Shown here: positions 22,551 through 32,639 of the stretch, piece by piece | Numbering within the stretch: the first letter of the stretch is position 1 | Layout of the letters: every line of letters begins with the position of its first letter | Assembly: GCF_001194135.2 (NCBI RefSeq) | Contig: NC_068988.1 | Span: 42,943 to 83,730, forward strand | Direction: 5' to 3' | DNA: 40,788 nucleotides | From: Octopus bimaculoides | Taxonomy: Eukaryota | Notes under the pieces: model-generated | The model's database searches: none | What the model was told of the DNA's origin: nothing | The model's input: only the letters and a program-made list of their open reading frames with translations | Program-made: the position numbers and the translations under genes

Positions 22551-22817
22551 CAAAATGTCTGCTTTAATACGATTGCAGTTTAGTATAAAAGCATCACCAT
22601 ATTCATTAATACAATCGCGTACGCACTCACGGATATGTGTGTGTGTGTGTGTGTGTGTGTGCGCCTGTATATTTGTGGTGTGAATATGTATATGTGGACT
22701 TCGCCTTTGTGTGTTTCTGCAAATGTATCCGTAGGTGTATTGCATTCCCGTGTTTATGTTTACTTATAAAAGTAGAAATACATACGAATATAAAACACAC
22801 ACACACACACACGTATA

Positions 22818-23150
22818 TTCTTTTGTTTCAATCATCTGACTGCGGCCATGCTGGAGCACCGCCTTGAAGAAGTTTAGTTGAAGGAATCGACCACTGTACT
22901 TTTATTTTTTTTTAAGCTTGGTACTTTATCGGTCGTTTTTGCCCAACTGAAAAGTTACGGGGACGTAAACACACCAACACCGGGTGTCAAGTGGCGGTGG
23001 GGTACAAAGGTGGACACACACACAACACACATACGAAGGGCTTCTTTTAGTTTCCATCTAAGCTAAACTAGAAGACACATGCTGAAGGTGCCACCTGATG
23101 GGACTGAACCTAGAACCATGTGGTTCGGAACCAAACTTCTTACCAAACAA
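22818..23150 (-). mobile_element. Composite SINE A+microsatellite+C
   Basis: C reversed, then acacacacaacacacat, then A reversed. Confidence 0.7.
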
Positions 23151-23229
23151 TGTAGACGTACGTACATAAATGTATATAATATATACAAATATATATATAT
23201 ATATATATATATATGAACATACATATATA

Positions 23230-23460
23230 TTTCTTTATTGCCCAGAAGGGGCTAAACATAGAGGGGACAAACAAGGACAGACAAATGGATTAAGTCGATT
23301 ACATCGACCCCAGTGAGTAACTGGTACTTTATTTATCGACCCCGAAAGGATGAAAGGCAAAGTCGACCTCGGCGGAATTTGAACTCAGAACGTAACGGCA
23401 GACGAAATACCGCTCAGCATTTCGCCCGGCGCGCTAACGTTTCTGCCAGCTCACCGCCAA
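23230..23460 (-). mobile_element. Family D SINE with a tail resembling the Tx1-like 3' UTR end
   Basis: Near-consensus D body. The tail tttctttattgccc..gggctaaacatagaggggacaaa resembles 19326-19375. Confidence 0.7.
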
Positions 23461-24211
23461 CATACATATATATATGAACATACATACGTGCGTGTGTGTG
23501 TGTGTTTGTACGCGCACACATGCAGACATGTAGAAAAAGGAAGGGTGGGATAGACGGCCGGGGTGGGGGAATATATCGGGTGTATATGTGTGTGAGTCTG
23601 TCAGTTTGTGTGCGTCAATAGGGGATAGATGTAATTGTGTGAGTGAAGGTGTGGGATCGGGGGGTATATTCCCCTGAGCTTGGTAGCAAGTGTTTATCGG
23701 TTAGAAGTAAGCTTGTATTAAGTAGGATCCGGTTGGGTGTCGCGTTATCGCTTTGAAGACAAGCGCAGACACGAATACACACAGATGTATATAAACGTAT
23801 CGCATACATAATATAGATATTATACATGTATATAGATACACACACACATATTTATGTCACCACTGATGATGGGAAAGGGTTTTTAATAACTCAAATTATT
23901 TTATAAATCCTTGCTGTCCATTTACCTCGCTTGGAACCTTGTGTAGTGGAGCAAAAATCTAAGTGGTTCATAGACCATTTGGGGTCTATTTCTAGCAGAC
24001 TTGTGTTGTAATCATTCACACACTTATTGTATGTATATATATATATAAAGTAGTTATATACTGTCAACTTAACGTGACAGTCCCAATAAGGGAATATACT
24101 ACTGCTATTTAGCCCTAGGAAGCTGGACCGCTTCCTGTCGGCCTTGACACATTTCCTGTGTCCTTATGTTTGCGAGGGGGAGACAAACTCCTTCACCCAG
24201 CCCAGCCTGCA

Positions 24212-24254
24212 TTCAGGGACATGTTTCTGACTTTTTGCTCGTCATCAGCCTGAA
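24212..24254 (-). ncRNA. Candidate minimal type-I hammerhead ribozyme
   Basis: Minus strand reads ttcagg-CTGATGA-cgagcaaaaagtca-GAAA-C-AT-G-TC-cctgaa. It has an intact core, a perfect 6-bp stem I and a palindromic ACATGT stem III; stem II is non-canonical. Confidence 0.5.
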
Positions 24255-24454
24255 GTAGCATGACCCGCTGGTTGAAGAAGTCTGTTTACCTCTCGCAAAG
24301 ATATACTATTTCAATGAAACACATTCACTGATTACAAAAATTAGAAATAATACATTTCTAAGTCTCTCAGAGAGACTTAAGCAGTAATATATACATATAT
24401 ATATTTGTGTATGTGTCTATATATATATATATATATAGCAGCTTTCATGATACT

Positions 24455-24685
24455 GATTTCAAATTTTGGCACAAGGCCAGCAATCTTAGGGCTGGGGTTT
24501 AAGTCGATCACGTCGACTCTTCTGCTCAGCTCATTTCCATTTTCATCGACTCTGAAAGAATGAAAGGCGAAGTCCACCCCGTCCACACCGTCCACCCCGG
24601 TGGCATTTGAACAGAGAACGTAAAGACGGACAAAATGCCTTGCGGCATTTTGTCCGTCTAACGATTCTCCCAGCTCGTCGCCTTA
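24455..24685 (-). mobile_element. Family D SINE
   Basis: ttttggcacaaggccagc..aagtcgat..gaaagaatgaaaggcgaagtc..tttgaacagagaacgtaaagacgg; contains a small ccgtccac tandem duplication. Confidence 0.75.
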
Positions 24686-25099
24686 GAAGCTATTATGAAC
24701 ATAGTTGCCAGGAGCACAGGTCAAATCTTGCAGCCTGGTAACTACCAAGAAGACGGTTGTTGAAAAATACTAGGGAACCGAACAGAAACAACTGTGGAGG
24801 GCTTGGCATTCATCAAATCACCAAAAGTGTTACACATTCCGACCACAGATTTTATCAAATACTTGACTTACGTAAACTGTCAGGAAAAGAGATGCCATCA
24901 GCTCCATCGCAGACATCGTCTCTGTTTCTATGACACAAGCATCCTCTTTTAAAGAAACCTAAATGAAAGACATTCTATCAAAATTCCATGCGATTGTTGC
25001 ACAGAGTTATTTTATTAAAATTCTTCAGTTTTTTCAAAATTAATTGAAAAAAAAAGGCGACGTATTTCAACAAAAATATATTTACAAGTGGGATAATGA

Positions 25100-25276
25100 A
25101 GGAACCTCTGAACGGTGCGTGGCATTTCGTTCTTCTTTACGTTCTAATCGCCGAGGTCGACATTGCCTTTCATATTATCGGAATCGATAAAATAACCACC
25201 AGTTGAGCACTGAGGTCGATGTAATCGACTAGCCCCCTCCTTCAAAATTTCAGGCCTTGTGTCTTTAGTAGAAAGG

Positions 25277-25277
<1 letters not shown>
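25100..25277 (+). mobile_element. Family D SINE ending in the (TTA)n array in front of exon 25351
   Basis: gccgaggtcgacattgcctttcat..cgataaaataaccaccag..ggtcgatgtaatcgact..caggccttgtg. Confidence 0.7.

Positions 25278-25346
<69 letters not shown>
25278..25346. repeat. (TTA)n microsatellite
   Basis: Direct reading; others at 559-605, 22275-22350, 31232-31270 and 32545-32600. Confidence 0.95.
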
Positions 25347-25348
<2 letters not shown>

Positions 25349-25377
25349 AGAATTTGGAGGTACTAGTTCGAAAGAAG

Positions 25378-25465
25378 ATGCTGAATGTATGTAGAGTGAT
25401 TTCGTCTCACAGAATACTTGTGGTTCTTACAGGATTTCTTCTTGTTGCTGTTTTCATATTTATTG
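25378..25465 (+). CDS. Probable first coding exon (type II signal anchor) of the sulfotransferase
   Basis: ATG at 25378 encodes MLNVCRVISSHRILVVLTGFLLVAVFIFI, a short basic tail plus a hydrophobic helix. A consensus donor G|gtaagt follows at 25465/25466, and an acceptor taacag ends at 25350. The phase-1 donor matches the phase-1 acceptor at 32640 (G+AT = Asp), giving a 372-aa in-frame product. Confidence 0.75.
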
Positions 25466-25669
25466 GTAAGTACCCTCTAGCGTTTGGCAGCTACGAAGAA
25501 TTTGCAACCAATTTTGCTTTCGCTAATTGTTGTGCAAGAAATTAAAAATCTTAGCAGCTGTTTTCCTTTTAAATCATTCTCAGTTCTTGTATTTCGACAA
25601 AATAAACCAACATTACGGTAAAACGGCAAAATTATTGGAGCGTGAGGAAAAAATGGCTTACGGTACCCT

Positions 25670-26293
25670 TTAACTGTTTCAATCGTTAGATTGTAGCCAT
25701 GCTGGGGCACCGACCTTGAAGAAGTTTAGTCGAATGAATCGACCTCAGTACTTGTTTTTTATTTAAATCTTGGTACTTATTTCATCGATCACCTTTGCCG
25801 AAAAGCTAAGTTACCAGAACGTAAACACATCAATACCGGTTGTCAAGCGGAGGTGGGGACAAAAGCAGATACAAAGTTCACATCCATACACACGCACCGA
25901 TGCACACATTTACACGCGCGCACACACACACACAAATAATGAAATTAAATCAGGAGAAGGGAGATTTGCACATCCAAGTTTAATTGTACAGCTAATCACA
26001 TCTTTCTTCGTCAAGACCTTCGCTGCAAGCCGGTGCACACTGCTAAATATACATTTTGGTGTTAATTATCAGTGCAACTTCATCAGGGTCTACCTTAACT
26101 ATTGGTCGGATATCATGTGTGTGTTTGTGTAAGACGGGCTTCTTTCAGTTTCTGTCTACCAATTCCACTCACAAGGCTTTGATCAACCTGAGGCTATAGT
26201 AAAAGACACTTGACCAAGGTGCTCCGCAGTGGGACTGAACCCGGAGCCATGTAGTTGGAAAGCAAGCTTCTTACTACATAGCAACACTTACAC
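25670..26293 (-). mobile_element. Composite SINE A+C with an expanded spacer
   Basis: C reversed at about 25670-25870, CA-rich spacer plus extra sequence, A reversed at about 26130-26293. Confidence 0.65.
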
Positions 26294-27099
26294 TCTATAT
26301 ATTTATCTAATGGCATTTGTTGTGACTTCCAGCACTCCGAGTCCTTATGCCATCGAGGTCAACTTTGCCTTTCATTCCCTCCGTGTCAATAAAATGAAGC
26401 ACTTTTCAAGTACTGGAGTTGGTAATACTGATTAATCCGCTCCCTTTAACATTACTGATCTTGTGCCTAAACCATTATCGCGAAGAAGACTTTTAATTTG
26501 TAACATATTTATTGCTGGACATGATTTACTGCGTTGGCTCTTAACAAAAAAAAAAAAAATGGAGGGAACCGTGCTGTGTCCTGTAGAAGGAGTGCTGTGG
26601 TACATCGCATATAAATATCAGAAGTGGTTTCTTGCTTGAGAAGTGGTTTGTTCGAGTGCCCGAAGTGGTCTGGCCTTAGCGGTTTGCCTTCTGTGAGTGG
26701 ACTATACGAATGTCCGATAAAACAGTTTTTATCGGGTGAAAAGGAACCTTTTCGCGCTACAGTTCTTCACGATGATTGGTCACGTTATAGATTAATCACG
26801 TGAAACTATGGTGGCTTGTTGTGATCCCTGAATATCTTGCGGTTGGGGTTCGAATTCCTGCACCATACACAAACGGAGCAGTAGGCACACAGAGCGTTAA
26901 AGCGTTGCAAAAAGATATCTTGCGCCATTTCTTTCGATTGTTTATTTCCTGGGTTCAAATCCCGCAGAGGTCAATTTTGTCTTTCATTCTCTTGGGGATC
27001 GATACAAATAAATCGTCAGTCAAATCAGGGATCGATGTAATTGACTTCCTCCTCCTACTAAAATTTCTGGTCGAAATTAGAAAGAATTATTATTAAAAG

Positions 27100-27107
27100 T
27101 CTCTCTT

Positions 27108-27195
<88 letters not shown>

Positions 27196-27220
27196 ACTCT
27201 CCCTCTTTCACTCTCCCTCT
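27100..27220. repeat. (CT)n microsatellite
   Basis: Direct reading; a (GA)n array is at 21020-21081. Confidence 0.95.
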
Positions 27221-27639
27221 CTCACTATCTGTATACGTGTATTGCTGCACGCGCATATGTGTGTATGTTTACCTCCAGGACTAAAAAGTACTGTTGCCGA
27301 AACAGGTTGAATGTCCAGTGAGCCATGTCACATCATCAACACCCAAACAGGCGAGCCCAACCGTCTCGTCCCGCCCATCATCTGGACCCTGTACACGAAG
27401 AAAAGATATATACACAGGTACGCACGCGCGCACACAGACAAGGAAAGAAAAAATAGACCGACAGAAAGACGGATAGCACGACAGTTAGACAGACAAACAT
27501 ATATATAATGAGTGATTATTGTATATGTATAAACATTCTATGTTTATATACAAACACACACACACATACAGAGTGAGAGAAGAAAAAGACCGAAAGAAAG
27601 GTAGACAGAGCAACATGTACATTCATATAGAATATAGAA

Positions 27640-27830
27640 TATCGATGGCAAATTTTGGCATCAGACCAGTATTTTCAGGAATTAGAGTTAAATCGATTAC
27701 ATTGATTCTAGTGTTCAACCGGTACTTATTTTATCGATCCCGAAAGGCAAATTCGATCTCAGGGCGTAAAGACGGATAATATGTCGCTAAGCGTTTTACT
27801 CGGCGCGTTAACGATCCGGCCGGCTCGCTA
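27640..27830 (-). mobile_element. Family D SINE
   Basis: aattttggcatcagacc..ggtacttattttatcgatcccgaaaggcaaa..gcgtaaagacgg..ccggctcgctacc. Confidence 0.7.
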
Positions 27831-28409
27831 CCTTTATAGAATATGTAATGATCGTACGTAGAAATCTGACTCACTCGAAAAAGCCAGCGTTGCGGAGGTG
27901 TTTTTCTTCTTCAAACTGCGCATCATCAATGTTGTTTGTAAGAAGTTAATTATAGAGAAACACTTCCCTTCAACCAGGGACTGGGTCGTCGTTGTCAAGA
28001 AATAACATTTGTTTGTTTTCATTTTCTTCTCTTTCTATGATCCTCCCTCACTCCACCCCCACTCTCATTCATCTAGCGATCAAGTAACATATATCTGTTT
28101 ATATTATCAGATAGATAGTCTTGTGCTTGTCTTACAGTATTTTCAATCTAATTACATCAACGTAGATAAAACGTTACACGTTCGTGATGAGCTTTCTTAA
28201 GTTTCGTATTTAAGGTAAATAATATCTAGAACATCCTTCTATTTGTTTAACCTCTAATCTTCTTTCTGGCTGTTTTAGAGCTGTTTTTCTTTCAAAAAAC
28301 GATGCTTTTTTCTTTCCTTCTCTTGTTCTCATTTATTTTAAAGAACTCCGCGTTCTGCTGTGTCCATGGCGTCCCACACATTCTTTATAACCGTTATATA
28401 TTTTTGGTT

Positions 28410-28620
28410 TCAACTGTTGGCACAAGGCCAGCAATTTCAGAAGAAGGGGTAAGTCGATTAATCTACCTCGGTGCTCAACTGCTACTTATTTTATCGACTC
28501 CAACAAGATGGAAAACAAAGTCAACCTTGACGGAATTTTTTAACTCATTGTAAAGACGGACGAAATGCAGCAAAGCATTTTGTCCGGTGTGCAAACGATT
28601 CTGCCAACTCGCTGCCTTAT
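28410..28620 (-). mobile_element. Family D SINE
   Basis: gttggcacaaggccagc..tacttattttatcgactc..aaagtcaacc..tgtaaagacggacgaaat..ctgccaactcgctgcc. Confidence 0.7.
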
Positions 28621-28637
28621 TGTTGTATATTATTAAC

Positions 28638-28831
28638 CAGGAAATACTCCTGATCGAGTTTACAGTCCTATGTGATCAATCCTTTAAGTGGAAGCTTGCC
28701 AGGTACGAGAGCCTTCGGCAGGGTTTCTGGGAGAAGGGATGGCTGTTCCCAGTTGAGATGGGTGGTGGGGATTCTATGCCCAGTCAGAATGGCGGATGCT
28801 TACAGCCATTGGGGTAAGAAGAAAAGAGCGA
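28638..28831 (+). mobile_element. HERO/NeSL-like RLE LINE relic, 5' part
   Basis: QEILLIEFTVLCDQSFKWKLARYESLRQGFWEKGWLFPVEMG / FYAQSEWRMLTAIGVRRKER matches the IELTVPWE..K.AKY..GW..PVEVG.RGF pattern. Confidence 0.7.
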
Positions 28832-29461
28832 GGATTTAGTTTAAAACGGGGGCACCAGTATTTTCTTAACGAAACACTTTGAAACTTGGGACACTGGTAG
28901 AATATGTCATATAAAACATCTTTTTCTCTTAGTCTTCTTAACAAAAAAACGTACATCGCAAGTTATTTCATGTTAAAGTTGTCGTATTTCTGTAATTTCA
29001 ACCAATGACTGNNNNNNNNNNGTCGAATACAGTAAGTGCTGACTACGTAAACAAACGATTCTCAAACGATTCTGGCGGTGATAAAATTATTATTTCCTTG
29101 TCAAAAAATGGCTGAAGCATATTGGCAGTAGGGTTAGGGTTAGGGTTAGGGTTAGGCAGTAGCTAATAAACCTTTCATACAGTTCAGGCAGATGTTAACG
29201 AAATTATAAATGGAGATTAAATACGCTTTACACCGCTTAAACTGCCAAAGGAGTAAGTATAAACAGCTGAATACTTGTCAGTGATTGGTTGAAATTATCG
29301 AAATAAGACAATTTTTTACATGAAATAAATCCGAATACAAAAAATTTTTTCTGTTCTATAACACAAAATAGATAAGTATACGAAGTTTGAAAGTCTTTCG
29401 GTACCAAAAACACTACATAAAACATAAATGAAAACTGGTGCCCCCGTTTTGAACAAGATCC
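28832..29461 (+). mobile_element. Merlin-like non-autonomous DNA transposon with long TIRs and internal (GGGTTA)4
   Basis: The 8-bp direct repeat aagagcga lies at 28824-28831 and 29462-29469. Termini are ggatttagtttaaaacgggggcaccagt and the reverse complement ggatcttgttcaaaacgggggcaccagt (25/28). Imperfect inverted similarity extends about 180 bp, and telomeric repeats are at 29131-29154. Confidence 0.75.
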
Positions 29462-29670
29462 AAGAGCGAAAGACGGCTGTGCTGCGCAGGATGGTTGGGG
29501 CGGCAGAAAGAGCGTCCTGCTGGTTATGGAGCAAGAGGAAGGAGTTAAACTGGATGGATGCCAGGAAGGGATGTTGAGCACTGATTTGGCCACCATCGGT
29601 GACCCATCAGTAGACTGGCTGATACGCTTCGAGGTCGAAATAGCCAAGAGATATTCACCAAAGTTGATAT
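29462..29670 (+). mobile_element. HERO/NeSL-like RLE LINE relic, 3' part
   Basis: ERKTAVLRRMVGAAERASCWLWSKRKELNWMDARKGC* continues the protein of 28638-28831, followed by a tggccacc..gaccc..ggtcgaaa UTR. Confidence 0.75.
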
Positions 29671-31004
29671 AGTCAGTATTATGATGTGCACCGTTCTAAA
29701 GAAATGTATCGTCTGTAAGCCAACCAACTACCGCCCGATCTCATTCACATTTTGTCACTTAGTTCATACAAAACAGTCAATGGTTTTCATACAAAACAAT
29801 AGTGGCCCCTTGAGCGGAGCTCAAGAGAGAAAGCTGGTAAATGTGACGTGGATGCTTTAGAAACGCTGGAGGTTTAGAGGGGTCAAAACATTTTCTTAGA
29901 AATTAATTATTTAAATCAGATGCAATATTTATATTTTAAACATGCTTAGGATAAAATGTGTCGTGAAAGACATTGTGTTATCAGTTTATCAAGGAGTGGA
30001 AACATAACTGGTGATAAACCAATGCGCAAAACTAGCTTCTGCCTGATTAAAATAATCTGCTATCTTTTTTTTTTCTTCTTCTTCATTTTCTCTTTTGCTA
30101 GTCAAAGAGAAATGCCGTTTGGTGAAAGAGGGCGTTGAGCTATTCTACGTTGATCTTCATTGGAAATAGTTGTAAACAATCTGTAGCAAGGTTCTTGTTG
30201 AGTTTTGAATTCGCGCTCAAGTTCCTCAACTCAGGATCACGAACTACTAAATAACCATAAAACGGTAACACCAGTTTGGAAAAAAATTATTGCGTTGTCA
30301 TAAAAGGCATTAACTTCTATCGGCTGGCGTGTAACCAAGTAAGCAGAAATCTTCCACCAAATAGTCTGGTCGAACTTTCTAGAAAAACCCCCTTGAGTTA
30401 TAAAAAGTTGGTAAATTGAACACGGACAAAGCTATCCAGCAGTCTACCCGGTCTATGTGGCTCTATTCCGTAAAATGATCTCTCACCACCTTTCCTTTAT
30501 ATCATGTTCGACAACCCTTTTGCTATTCTAAGGGGTTGTTACGTCGAATCATTCAAATGTTACTTACATGCAGTAGTTATCACTCCGTTTCCTTATTCTG
30601 TCTCCCATAACTATACACTTCTTAGATATTATCATCTATCATATTGTAACACAGAAAACTTTACCCAATTCCGTTATGTGAATGCTATTCCATTAAATTA
30701 CATAAATGTACACATGTAAACGATGTGGCTTAATAAAAATACATGAAAACTCAAATAGAAATTAGCGTGGTCATGCTAACCTTCTCAAGCAGCCTTCCTA
30801 ATATTGTGCTCCGCCAACCACGTCTTTCCTGACTGGTGTGGTTTTCGTAGAGTCTGGTCGTTCTGAAGATTTTTAGTGCCAATAAAATATAGTACCAGTC
30901 ATATACAGGGGTCAATATAATCGAATTGCCCCCTCCCTCCGAATTGGCTGGCCTTGTACCAAAATTTGAAAACATTATTATAATCATCATCATCATCATT
31001 ATCA

Positions 31005-31200
31005 TTAAAGGTTGCGGGCTGGTAGAATCGTTAGTGCGCCCAGCAAAATGTTTTACGGCATTTCGTCCGTCTCTACGTTCTGAATTCAAATTCCGCCAAG
31101 GTCGACTTTGCCTTTCATCCTTTCGGGGTCGATTAAATAATTACCAGTTGTGTATTGGGGTCGATGTAATTGACTGGCCCCCTCTACCTACATTTCAGAT
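31005..31200 (+). mobile_element. Family D SINE
   Basis: ggtagaatcgttagtgcgcccagcaaaatg..gaattcaaattccgccaaggtcgactttgcctttcatcctttcggggtcgat. Confidence 0.8.
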
Positions 31201-31231
31201 TTTATGCTTATAACAGAAAGAATTTATATTA

Positions 31232-31269
<38 letters not shown>

Positions 31270-31449
31270 GTTTTAGTTTTAAGTTATATCTCGTGGATGC
31301 TCTAGGATACATCATCAGTGATGTTTCTGGAGTTTCAGGCAGTTTCGGACCTTTCAGCATCAGACCTCATCACTCAGTGGTTCCAATCGGAGTTGATCAA
31401 ATCCCAGATTGCATTCCCTCAGCAGCAACCCACTGGTCTACCCTTTTTA

Positions 31450-31745
31450 TTCACAGCTAAGTGGTTAAAGCGTTGGACTCACAATCATGAAGTAGTGAGT
31501 TCGATTCCTGGACCGGGCTGTGTATTGTGTTCTTGAGCAAGACACTTTATTTCATGTTGCTCCTGTTCACTCAGCTGTAGAAATGATTTACGACGCCACT
31601 GATGCCAAGCTGTGTTGGCCCCTTTGTCTTTCCCTTGGAAAGCATCAGTGGCGTAAAGAGAGGAGGCTGATACACACGAGCGACTGCTGGTCTTCCATAG
31701 AAAACTACTTTGCCCGGAGAACTTTCTAGGTGCAATCCCATGGTC
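31450..31745 (+). mobile_element. tRNA-derived CORE-like SINE
   Basis: gctaagtggttaaagcgttggactcacaatcatgaagtagtgagttcgattcc head, then tgtgttcttgagcaagacacttt..cactcagctgtagaaatg. Confidence 0.75.
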
Positions 31746-31769
31746 ATTTACCCTTTTACACTTTCACCA

Positions 31770-32160
31770 TTTTTATTCAAAGCCCCCCACCTAGCGTCCT
31801 TCTCTGCAACTTCAGTAATGGAACTTATAGCTCTCCTCATTACTGCGCTAGTAACCCCAAGCCGGGTCAGAGCTTTCCAGAATAATCGCCCTACAAAACT
31901 TCGACAACCCACTTCTACTACCTCACAACAGGCCAGCCAGCCAGCCCCGATTTCCGCACTGCTAATCTGGCTCCTAATATTTGGCAATCCTCCTCTCATG
32001 AGCTTCCTCCATGTGTTCTTCCAGGGCACAGTCAGTTTCCACATGAGCGATCACCTACTTGGATTTTGAGATCACTATGTCTGGGAGGAGTGTTTTTGGT
32101 ACGATGTGACCTGAGAACTTTAACCATTCCACGAGATCCACTTTCAGCTGCCAGGTCAGA
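31770..32160 (-). mobile_element. Second HERO-like RLE LINE relic
   Basis: WQLKVDLVEWLKFSGHIVPKTLLPDIVIS / LTVPW / EEHMEEAHERRIAKY..NRGW / VEVGCRSFVG..ALTRLGVT..RRAISSITEVAEKDARW, with stops and frameshifts. Confidence 0.8.
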
Positions 32161-32192
32161 GCTGTAGAAAACGGACATGATGGTCGTTGGAG

Positions 32193-32543
32193 TTATTCTT
32201 ACCTCCGCTTTAGCGAAGGCGGAGGTATTGTTTTCAGTTGTGTTTGTTTGTCCGTGGACAAGATATCTCAAGAATCGTTGGATGGATTCAGATGAAACTT
32301 TCAGAGGTGTGTGGCCTCGTGACTGACACGAACTGATTAAATTTTGAGATCGATCTGGTACCGGAAAAGGATTCTGGATTATTTTTTACTTAATTTTTGA
32401 GAGCAGTCGGGTTCGTTTTTAGTATTCTCGTTTGTGAGAGCAGTTGAGTTTATTTCAGATATTCTCATTTTAAAAATCATCTCTGGTCAATCGTTGAGAG
32501 GACGTTGGTGTTGCCTTAGCGGGGGTCTGTGCTCTTTGCGCTC

Positions 32544-32546
<3 letters not shown>
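32193..32546 (+). mobile_element. Non-autonomous Helentron-like (HINE/DINE-type) element
   Basis: The 5' palindrome acctccgc..gcggaggt is followed by gtttgtttgtccgt..gatggattcagatgaaactt. The 3' end is ccttagcgggggtctgtgctct. Confidence 0.65.
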
Positions 32547-32600
<54 letters not shown>

Positions 32601-32639
32601 CATCATCATCATTAATTTTCCCCGTCCTGTTATTTTCAG

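Noticed and set aside
27279-27417. Candidate stem-region exon (cctccag|...acag|gtacgc)
   Set aside because: It is 139 nt (not a multiple of 3), and the required phase-1 reading hits TGA after 9 codons.
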